A stretch of DNA of 64,000 nt from Pocillopora damicornis (lineage: Eukaryota): contig NW_020843829.1 in assembly GCF_003704095.1 (NCBI RefSeq), positions 744,001 through 808,000 on the forward strand, in the 5' to 3' direction. A program made the position numbers and the translations under genes. The notes beneath the pieces were generated by a model, which was not told the origin of the DNA, ran no database searches, and worked only from the letters and a program-made list of their open reading frames with translations. Position 1 is the first letter of the stretch. Each line of letters starts with the position of its first letter. Positions 26,901 through 38,900 of the stretch are shown one piece after another.

Positions 26901-29900
26901 GCCGGCAAGTAATGCTTAAGGCCTTAAACTTACTCACGTGGGAAGAAACGCTCCCACTGAGGCGCTGATAATAAGAGCATGCTCGCAAGCTAGACGTTAA
27001 CGTTGCGATCGCTAGTCGGGTACACCAAGCTACACTAAAATGATTGCCAGTTATGTTTTCTTGGGAAGCTTGAAGTTGTCAGCTATACGAACAATAAAAT
27101 TACCATTTACCATCATTGTCAGATCACTTACTCGCTACGATAAGTTCTACGTTAGCGGTATCTGTACCCATGAGGTTACTTGCACGGCAAGTCCAGTTTC
27201 CAGAGTCCTCCGGGAGAGCGTTCTCCAAGGTGAAATAATTTCCGATGACCGCACGTCCATTGTTCTTTTTCACCCAAATTATTTCTGGTTTCGGTAATCC
27301 ATCGGCAGAACAACCTAGGACTATATAGTCTCCTTTCGTAGCTATGTAGGATTTCGGAGGCTTAGTTGTTATGTTCGGCTTGGCTGAAAAAGAGTTTTTG
27401 GAGGTTTGGTAACTGTGAAAGTACAACATTCACTGACCCACATGGTCCCATCCTAGTAATGTAATCTAAACGTACTCGAGCGAATGAAAGAATTTTTTGC
27501 TCTTTAATCCTTTACAACCTAACATCAGTATACATATTCTCGATACAATTCTCCGTACATTTCCTAAGGTGCTGACAGGAGAATTTGTTTAATTCCAATT
27601 TTGTCAAAAAAATCTTTGTTTATTCTGTTTTGACCCATAATTGTGTGCAGCCTTGGCAGCACGTGTGAGACGCATACTCGTGCGCACAAAGACGTACGTT
27701 CGTACATGCGTACGTACGCACGTGCATGCGTACGTGCGTACATTCGTGCGTACGTAGGTGCGTACATCCGTGCGTACATAAACGAACGTACGTCTTTGTG
27801 CGCACGAGTATCTCGCAACTTTACCGTGTGATTCAGGGTGATATTGTAGGGAGAAATTAGATGCTATCACTCGTAGGGGTAAAGGGCTTCAAGGAAGTAT
27901 CTCATGGCAACGAAAAAGCCTCCGAGAGAGAGGACATATAAAGCTTTTTAGGTTAGTTACCGTTAATTATCTTGAAAAAAGATAAATTCGCTAAATGAAT
28001 GTCGCTAAAATATGTATGTAACAAGGTAGCTTGGCCTTTCTTGAGGGTCTGGAAGCGTGATCTCTTCACAAAACTCGCCAAATGATTTTACAAATAGCAT
28101 TTACTCACAGAATCCTTCAAACGTTGGTGTTTTTTTGTCCGGCTCCTTTGTCTGCTTGCCATCTCCGTCTCCCGTTGGGCGTGTAACCTTTGTCGGAGCT
28201 GACCGCCCCGGGGGTCCAGGAGGGCCACGCAGACCCCGTGAGCCACGAGCCCCTGCTTTTCCTGAAGGACCTGGAGGGCCCGGAAGTCCGTTTGCACCCG
28301 GGGCCCCTGCAGTCCCCGGAGGGCCAGGTGTTCCTGCTGCTCCCGCTTGACCGTTTGCACCCGGCATACCAGGAGGACCAACAGGTCCTTGAACACCAGG
28401 GGGACCTGCGGGCCCCTGAATTCCTTGTGGACCCGGAGGACCAGGGATTGACTTCACATCTGTCAAGAGTAAGAATTTAAAACTTCCATCTTATCCTCAG
28501 TCTTCTTTCCTTCTAAAATCACTGTGAAGCGACAAATGAAGGCAAAATAACGGATAAAAGAAACGACAAGAATATTCTTAGGAATAGAAAGAAGGTGCCA
28601 GTCCTTGAAGAGCAAACAGCATTTACGTAATTACAGTTAATTTTTTTCAAACAACATGAATGAAAGCGATACTTTTCCCTAAGCCAAGAATCTATGGATT
28701 TCTTGAGAGATTGAGGAGATCAAATAAATACATGAAGACGCACGTTTAAGAACACGTAACAAGAAAACAATTTGGTATTCGAATGAGTGCATCGACAGGA
28801 ACGATAAAGGCTGACAGATTGGATGGATGAATCTTTTTATTGAAAGAAACCAAACAAGAAATGATAACTATGAATTCAGAAATGATAACAGATTGTACAG
28901 CCTTATGCCAAGTCACGGCTGGCTTCACCTACAATGGCAGTGCGGTGCGTACTGAATGGCAAAGTTTTCTGGTCACAGAGTATAGCATTGCTATGTGAAC
29001 AAGGAAGAGAAACACTTAATTCTATAGCAGCCTTTTGCCCTTGTCTAAAGCAGTGTAAACACTCGAAATTTCCAATTCACGTAAGAGCTTGGCGTAGTCG
29101 AGTGTAGCATGGCATAGCGAAGCAAGGTAGAACCTTGGCATAGCATGACTTTGCATAGCTTGGCGTGTCAGACAACATGCTTACTACATTACACTGCACG
29201 TGGACAGCATGCTTACTGCATTACCTTGCATTTAGACGGCATGCTTCTTACTGCATTACACTGCACGTGGACGGCACGCCTACAGCATAACACTGCATGG
29301 TATGGTCTGGCTTACCTTGGGCTGACTTACCTTAGTTTGGTTTGGCTTGGTTTAGAGACCCTCCCGCAAGGAGTAAGGAGGAAGTTTTAACTGATATGGC
29401 AATGACCGATGTGGGCATTTAGACGGTCATAGCATTGTTGCGCACTGCATAGCATTGCATGGCATGTTTCCTTGCTTGGCTTGCTCATAGCAGGTATAGC
29501 ATTGCATGACATTTCTTGTAAGGCATGGCATTGCATTTCTATTCACGACTTGGTATGATATGAATTAGTAAGATGTTTCTTGAATTGGAATTGAATCGCA
29601 ACATGTATGGTATGGCATATATGGTATGGCATAGAAGATAAAGCATGACATGTTCATAGGTACAGTGTGGGTTGGAGTGGCACCAGTTCATGATTTGCAA
29701 TAGTCTTGCATCAATTTGCGTGACATAGCGTGAGATGGAGAGTAGCTACGAGATGACTTTTAAAGAATCGTTCCTTCCTTATGAGATAAATAGTACATCC
29801 AACACAACAGCGTACAGTGTCCGGTTTGTCATGTATAACTAAACGTTTTTATGATCACGGTTTCTTTAAAAAATTAATTGCAAACAGCCTTGAAACGAGT

Positions 29901-32900
29901 ACCAGGATAAAGTAAATAAAGGTGCTGCGAACCTCGCTTTTACGATCAGCTACAATGAAATTCCTCTTTTAGATACACACACGCATTTTCCACTGTAGCT
30001 TTCGAAACACATGACATGCACATATAACGATTCAACACCAATTTTAAGGGCACTACAAACATAGTATGTTTAATACGATACTTTTAGAATTACGCATAAT
30101 TTTCGCAGCCGTCCATTGGAACGTCACGGCTGCCAGCAGACTACGAATTAAATAGATTACAGGAATCACTATAAAAAGAAACATTTTCATTCCTGTTTAG
30201 TGCATTAGAAATGTTCACAATTGATTTCAAATCATGCAATTTCGGTTCGAATGTTCTCTAAACCAGAAACTTACCTGTGATAGTTCTCAAACGAGAATTC
30301 ACCACTTCGATGATTTTTTGATTCAATTCGCTCCCATCTAGGGAAAGTTACATACAAGAAAATGCAGCATGCATGCATAAATTGATAAATATAATTTTAC
30401 ATGCAAGTAAACGTGCATCATGCACATGCAGTGATGGATACAATGCAAAAAAAAAAACTGACCAATAAAGCACATCCAGCACTACGTGTTCTTTCTTGTA
30501 TGGAAATATTAACGGCTACAATTAAATGCGCATATGCATAGCAATTTATGATATATCACTATACATTAAACAAAATAACAGATGATGACATGCAGTAGTA
30601 AACAGCATTCAGTTATCGAACGTTGATACAGAGTAAGAAATTGTAGGATATAAAAATCCTTCCATATTAAAAATTAGTTACGAACTTCAAATCAGCTAGG
30701 TACATTTTAATCAGATAAATGTGTATAAACAACATGCAAATTAATCATGTAACATACAACAGAATGAACGAGCAGCTAAAGTAGAGTCTATCCTTTGCAC
30801 GAAAGGGACCATGTAAAGACATGCGCGAGACCAATATGAAGAAAACATGCAACATATGCATCTCGCAATATGCAAGACATGCAATTACAGGTGGAGTAGA
30901 AATCATGCAACAATATGCACATTTACAACATGCAAATACACACCGTGCAACATGCAAATACACACCATGCAGCTTTAAGATATACACCATGCAACATACA
31001 AAAGACCCAAGAGTTGTTACTGCACTGTTCCATGCGTAAACAAGCATTAGATGCCAAAATGCCCATGCAAAACAAGCAAATATCACCATGACAGATATAC
31101 TTTAACTTTTGTAGCTATAAAAGCAGCAGAGACTGTATAGAGAGATAAAAACATGATAAAACTCAACATACATTATGCAACATACTAATGTTTGTAATGC
31201 AACCTACAGACTGATGATTGGGATTAAATCGAGTTAACAGCAACTGTTATTCGTAGTAGCAACACTATCCTATGCAAAAAAGCCCCACATAGCACAGTAT
31301 CACAGACTCTTTCTTCCACCCATGATCTCACCAACGAAAGCCTTAACAAAGCTCTGTATGGTGCGGTTATCAGACGGTCGAGATTGTAATGGCAAGGTAA
31401 GGTAAAGTAAAGTTAAACGACAACAGAAAATAGTTACTGACCACCTAAACTGATGTCACAGCCATATCGCGAAAATAGGCTAAAATGCTAACTACACTTA
31501 AGTGAGATTTGTTACATTATACCTACCGGTATACTTATCTAAATACGCTTCTAGAAAATTCTGGATTGTGCGGTTTAGGGGTGGCTGCGCTTCTGGTGAA
31601 AGATTGAGCCCATCTGAGTGGTAGAATTGTAAAATCTTTAGCAAGTAATACCTTAATCTTAAAGAGAGAAAAAAAAAACGTTGACATAGATATTCAAGCA
31701 TTTAAGCCGCGCACTAACCAATATGTTGATTCACGAAGGCGTTTACAATATTCTGGATCGTGCTGTTGTCAAGCGGCTCTGATTGCGGTTGTGATGCGGA
31801 AAGATTGCGCCCACCTTCAACGAAAAAAATCCTCTGTTCCAGAAAGACAATTGGAAGAACGGGAATGGTGAGAGAACTGCAGAAAGTCAAGTGGCTTACT
31901 CACCCAAATATTCCTGTACATAGTGCTCAACAAAGGGCTTAATTGTGCTGTTATCAAGAGGTAGACGTTGCGGTTGAAACGCGGAGAAATTGCGTTCATC
32001 TAAAAAAGACGTACATAACATTAGTCCCTGATAGAGTGCTTTTCGATTGAGTGTCGTAAAACGAAAACCAGTGAAATTATGACGGCCAGACATTATTTTT
32101 GACACTAAATTGATAACTGTTTCAAAACTATTAGGATCTGCCTATGGTTGAGACACATTTGATAACCGCGAAAACTTGAGCACCACAGACCTTGAAGTAC
32201 AGAGGCATTTATGAAGTGCTAAAATGCAATAAGTATGTCCTTTACTAACCGATGTATTCGTTCACATATTTCCGTACAAAGCTCTGAATTGTGCTGTTAG
32301 AAGGAGGAGTTGATTGCGGTTGCGTCGCGTTAATATTACGCCCACCTGAAATTAAAAAAAACAAATCATATCCACGCGAGAGAACATAGTGGTTGTGAAA
32401 CTCACACAAATTTTCAAAGCATAATAATGCTGGGATTTAAAGTACCACAGTATACCAACCACGATATTCAGCAAGATATAATTCAACAAGATTCTGGATG
32501 GTGCGGTTATCGTGAGGTTGAGGTTTCAGCGCAGAAAGGTTGCGTCCGCCTTGAATGAATAGGAATAAAAAGGGCAAGAGGTGAAGCGAACATCAAATAA
32601 CGTGAAAGAAAATGAATGCAGAACGACAGACATACGAATAACAACAGTATACTAACCCAGAATCTCTTTTATATAATCATTCACTAAATTTTGGATCGTG
32701 CGGTTATCAGGCAACTTCGGTCGAGGTTGTGATGCGGATATATTGAGTCCGCCTTCAATGAAAGAGGAAAAGCAAGATTACCATACTGAGAATTCTACAA
32801 ACAAGTCGCGTACCGTGATTGTGGGTTGTTTGTTTGTTTTTCTGCCCCTTCACGAAAAGAAGAAGTTGATGAGTACACGGAGTGCGGTTGTTCGGCAGCC

Positions 32901-35900
32901 AGAGGCATTGGGATTGTAAAGTGGGGAAATTCAGTCTTCCTTAATTTCCAGTAAAATTTCGTGTTTTTGCGTTTCTGTCTCAACTCTAGAAGCTGAAAAA
33001 TCTTTTGGAATGGAGTCGGCTCAAAGCTGTTTTAAATCATAGAAAATGACTGAATCGCGACACGAAAAGTCACTCGGATAACCGCAGTAACTAAACACTA
33101 ATGAACTCACCGACATACTCGTCAACATAATTCTCTACAAATTTCTGAATCGCATCATTATCAGGCGGTTGTGATGAGGATAAATTGAGGCTGCCTTAAA
33201 CGCAAAAAAAAGACGAGCTGTAATAATTTCTTGATATTCATCTTATCAAAGTTACAAGTGCAGTAAATCTCTTAAATTTGTTCCAGCAAATGTCTATATA
33301 CTCTTTCCCCAAATCAAGCATTGTATGACTATAAGACACTCTCGTCTCAGGCTATGACGATGATAAATATGTGGCCAGTTTACATAGAATACTCACCGAC
33401 ATATTGGTCAACATAGTCTTCTACAAAGCTCCGAATGGTTTGGTTATCAGGTGCTTGGTCTGCGGATTGTGATGAGGATAAATTGAGTTCATCTCGATTT
33501 AAAAAGAAAGACGTCTTCATCTTAGAATCTTAGGTTAAAACCTTCTTATAAAGGTTACAGGAGAGACACATCTTCACCCACCATGATGAGAACATACTCA
33601 CCAACGTATTCATCCACATAATCTTTGACAAACTTCTGTATGGTTCGGTTATCAGGGAATGAAAACTGTTGTGGTGAAGAGAGATTTAATCCACCTGAAA
33701 TGAAAGATGACAGCAGATTATCTGGCAAAGTAAACCTCCGTCAAAGTAACAGAGCGCCTTTTGATTGAGAGTTGTTAACCAAACCTAAATCAATTACAAC
33801 AGCCATTCACAAGTTATATCACATATACCATATCACATGTAAGCAATGCGAAAGAAAACCTGACATAAGCGCGGGAAAACGTGGATGGATGAGTCGTAAT
33901 TGATTTCAGTTTTGAGTGAATGGTTGAGAAGACAGAACGAGTTCAATGGACCAATCAAAGAGAAAGATAAAGAAAACCCAGTGGAATCGCTGCCTACTTA
34001 CGGTAACTTTCGAAACTCAGTAAAAGATTGCTAAATACAAGTGGACATAAATAGGGGCACTCCTACCTATAAACTGGTTTACATAGTCTTCAACAACGCT
34101 TTCGATAGAGCGATTACCAAGGCCGTTTGCCCGCTGCAGCGAGGAGGATAAATTAAGTCCATCTTTCAAAGAAAAAAGGAAATTTCATCTGCGTTAAGTA
34201 AAGGAAAAAAAACGAACTCGAAAACGCAGAATACCTTTGTAATCATCCTTTTGAGCATTTATGATTTCTTGAACCCTTTAACTCCCAAGATATGATTGTT
34301 AATTCTCTCCTCTCGCTGCAACACATTCCCTTGTAAATTAGTTATGGGAATTTGATGTAGATCAAAATAACTTCTGCTAACTTCTCCTCATAAGTTTGAG
34401 TATTCTCGTTACCTTTATCCCAGATATTGTACGGATATTATAGCGAGAAGTTACATATCAATCACTTCTTGGAATTAGGGTTAATCGAACGGTGATCAAG
34501 CGGCTGCAATTGCGAATGGAGCGAAGAAAGATCAAGAACGTCTAAAATAAAATACTGACGAAGAAGCATATCCAAAGAGAAAAGAGCACAAAACAGTAAA
34601 TTGCATACTACCTAATACTAACCTACATACACGTCTACATAACCTTCCACTAGCTTTCGGATTGTGGTATTTTGAAATGGTGGTGGTCGAGGTCGTGCTA
34701 CAGAAGAAATATTGAGTCCAGCTGAAATGACCGAAAAAAGACAACGAGGTCAAAATAAGATAATGTTTTCACTGTGCTGTAAAAAAATTCAAAAGGTTCA
34801 TGACAGACAGTCAGACAGTCTTATGATCATCCCATGCCACAGCACACCCACCTAAATAGCCGTCCACATAATCTTTCACAACGCTTTGAAGTGTGCGGTT
34901 GCCGAGCAATTGCGGTTGGGATGATGAAAAGGACAGATTAGATCCACCTTTAAGGAAAAGAATGTTATGCATGCCTCAGGATTTAAAGAGTACCACCACA
35001 TTCATCACTCACATGTTAAAAAAACACATACGTGATTTCTTTCGTAAACTTCGACAAGTTAACACAAGTTTTCTTGCAAGTCATGTGGTATTAAACAATT
35101 ATTCCACGAACGAGCGTTAGATATGAAATGATAGACAGACAAAGAGGCCCGTAAGGCCGAGTTGGCTGTAATCATCTCATTTCCAACAAGCGCAAGTGCA
35201 ATGATTGTTTTATTAAAAAAAACCCAAAATATAGATAAATCTTCCCAACTTTACTGTATTACAATGTACAAAAACACTCCCCGTTTGACTCGGCTTCATG
35301 CGCGCGCATGGTATAATGGCTCATAACCCACGATGGCTGAGCCAATGAAAACTCTAGTAGTGCATTATCCAATAATCCAGTTTTTAATGCTTCAAGTTAT
35401 ACTACACTCACCAACATATTCATCAACATAATCTTTTACGTATCTCTGTATGGTGAGATTAATAGGACGTCCATTGTGTTTTTGTGCTGAAGAAAGATTG
35501 AGTCCATCTGGTACAGAACAAAAGAAATCTCATAAGAAGGAAAATGGCATCCAATTTTAGGGATGAAATTACCATGTCCATGGGACAAAGAATATGGCAC
35601 GTAATCTAAATGCAATCGTGCACTTTACTTGTTTTCCGTAAACGAAAATAGTCATTTTCCACCAGGACAGCGCTTCAGGATGTACTTACAAATGTATCCA
35701 TGGACATATTCTTACACAAAGGCCTGAATAAGTAGGTCATCAGGTTTGTGTCTGGTTAAAAAGTATAACGCCTCCCTCAGTAAAATGAAGTAATACGAAA
35801 GACAACAAATGAAAGATTCATCAATGAACAGTTGAGGCAATTAAAGAAAGAGACAGAGAATATATATCATTTTCATTAATTTTATCATTCAATATAACTN

Positions 35901-38900
35901 NNNNNNNNNNNNNNNNNNNNNNNNNNNNNNNNNNNNNNNNNNNNNNNNNNNNNNNNNNNNNNNNNNNNNNNNNNNNNNNNNNNNNNNNNNNNNNNNNNNN
36001 NNNNNNNNNNNNNNNNNNNNNNNNNNNNNNNNNNNNNNAATGCAAAGACTAAGTCGTAGCGCAAAAAATGATGTTCAAATGAAACCTTTCTTCCTATCAC
36101 CTCTCTCCTTGAAAATGCATTGATAATGTATAGAGAAATTCATTTTTGGTCTGCACTATCAGGAAGGAGAGGGTTAACAATGCCTTATACTCACCAACGT
36201 AATCGTCTACATAAACTTTTACAAAGCTCTGGATGGTTCGGTTATTGAGAAACTGCGTTTGCGGTGATGACGCGGTCAAATTAAGTCCACCTTTTTTTTT
36301 CATATTGGATAAGAAAATAGACATCCACATTAGAAGGCGAAGGTATCACTAACATTTTAATAAAACACTTTGACCTTGCAAGCTAAGCATGCTTACCTAT
36401 ATATACATTCACATAATCTTGCACAATATTTTGGAAGGTCCGATTGTCGGCTGGTAGACTGAGTTTACCCGCTGAAATTACGAACAAAGATAAGTCCTTG
36501 GGCAATGAATTTGGAACAAATCCTATCATCTCATCCTAAACTAGGGAGTGTTAATCGACCAGGGTAACCACGGTTGGTATGTAAAAATGAAACAAATAAA
36601 TTAAGGGGTGAGGTTCTATAGAAACTGTGGTGCTGCGTCAGTGGAGGAGTAAAACAAGATAATTTGGTTTATCAACAAAGTTGATAAAGTAAATTGGCCA
36701 CCGTAAAGAGTTTCTGACCTGGCGTTTCGAGCGTTAGCCCTTTGTCAGAGCGAAGGACGAAGGGCTAACGCTCGAAACGTTAGCTTAGAAACTCTTTACG
36801 GTGGTAAATTTACAACATCACCTCAGTTGATAAAACCAGAATTATCTAAAAATATAACAGTTTTCTTTTACTTAAAGACACATTTCTGCAAAGCGCAAAT
36901 AAGACGATAAACATTATCCTATCACAGCTCCTATAAACTTGAACACTGGAGATAAATACCTAAAGGTATAGATTGTAAGATTCATGCGGCCGTGTGAAAG
37001 ACAAAACTATACCCACCCAAATAATTGTCGACGTGAATCCTCGCAAAGTTCTGAATGCTACTGTTAAGCAGCTTCAGCTGGGGCTGGGTTTGTGCTTGAG
37101 ATGAAGAGAGATTGAGGTCACCTTGGAAAAGAGAATAGTTAAATCAGCAACATTATCATTGAAATGGCACATGTGTCGAAAAATAAACACCACGATTGGT
37201 GACATTTCTTAAAACTCAAAACAATGCAAACAAATGAAATTGTACCCACCCACAAATCTGTCGACATAATCCTTTACAAAGCTCTGTATCGCGCTATTGT
37301 CTGGCAACTCTACTTGCTGTTGTGGTGAGGAAAAGTTTAGCGCCGCTTGAAAAAAGGAAATGAGAAAATGGAAATGCGTCATCACTTTCAAAGTACAACA
37401 GGTTTTTTCTGGAGAGGGACCAAAAAGATTATCAATAGAGTGAAATCATAGGCACTAGACATTTTACAGTGTACCCACCAACAAACTCGTCTACGTATGC
37501 TTTGACAAGGCTCCGTATAGTGCGGTTATTGGGAGTCCGTGTTTGAGATTGTCGCGATGAAAAATTGAAACCACCTTGAGTTGATAAAGAGGAATAAAAT
37601 TAAAATCGTAATAAAGAAAATACCTGTTGAAAAGGAAAGAAATCACTCTTTAAGGAAACATATGTAACTGTTCTATGTAAAACCATGAACGCATTGCATG
37701 AGACATAATACAAACCTGTAAACGAACGCACATAATCTTTCACGATGTCCTGCACACTGCTATTATCAGAAAGCTGCTGTTGCCTCGTCGATGCCGTAAG
37801 ATTAAGTCCACCTTGAAAGGAAAAATAGCGATATAATCAAACAACTGCACACTTACGCCTCCCTCAACCCTAAGTTGTTATCAGTCGACTGTTGTTGGGT
37901 TAGGGGAGGAGTAGGTAAGCAGTTGCTCAGATAATGACATTGATCGACAACGTCACCCTGGGACTATGAAGTGTTTGGTAATTGGGTGCACAGTAAGTAT
38001 AGTATTGCACGTGATGTATCGCTGTTGGCTTCCGCAAGCACAAACGCAAGCGTAACAGCTCTAATTGACCGTTAAAACGGCCTCGAAGGAGGCAGAAATC
38101 ACAAGCTCAAGCTCAAGTAGAAGGATCATAATTTTTCCTTTTTCTTGACCTTGAGTCGTGGCCGTTTTTATAGTGAAACAAGAGCTGTTATGCTTGCGTG
38201 TGTGCTTCCTTTTATGTTTGCGGGGAGTGTGCATGCGTTGCCAGTAAAAGCCAGGCCTTAGAGTGATTTGTAAATGACTTTTTTTTTTATATACAGATGC
38301 GTGTAAAACAGTCACACGTATAAAGGCATCTAGAGAATACTCACCAACATATTCATCAACATAATCTTTGACAAAGCCCTGAATAGTTCGGTTATCATTA
38401 GCTTTTACTCCTGACAGAAACAAATTAAACAATGATCAATAAACTTACAAACAAACTAACTAAAAAAATATAACAACAAAACAGATTTAATATCCTCGTG
38501 AGACAATCCAACCATCACGTATTTAAAAGTAGGTTGAAAGTCGATATATCGTCATACACCATGCCACAGGGTACCTACCCGAATACTTCTCTGCATAAGC
38601 TTGAACGAAGCTCTCGATTGTTTTATTACCAGATTGGGGCGGCTGCGACGAGGAAAAATTGAATTCAGCTGAAAAAACAATAACAGAGACATTAGAAATG
38701 CTACAGATTGTTATGTCACAGTATACTAACTAACATATTCGTTAACATAGGCCTCAAAAAGTATAGGATGGTTCTTTTATCAGGAAGTTGTGGGAGCTGT
38801 TACAACGACAAAAAATTCCTTTCCTCTGTCATGACTGAATAAACAGCACGAAATTGAACGAGTCTAAGCAATATCAAAGTAATTCAAAAGCACTGAATAA

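Noticed and set aside
27564-27870. Overlapping ORFs with YART/VRTY repeats
   Set aside because: Artefact of the palindromic (CGTA)n element.
30745-31089. Cys/His-rich ORFs on both strands
   Set aside because: By-product of the CATGCA-rich intronic tract; no splice or homology support.
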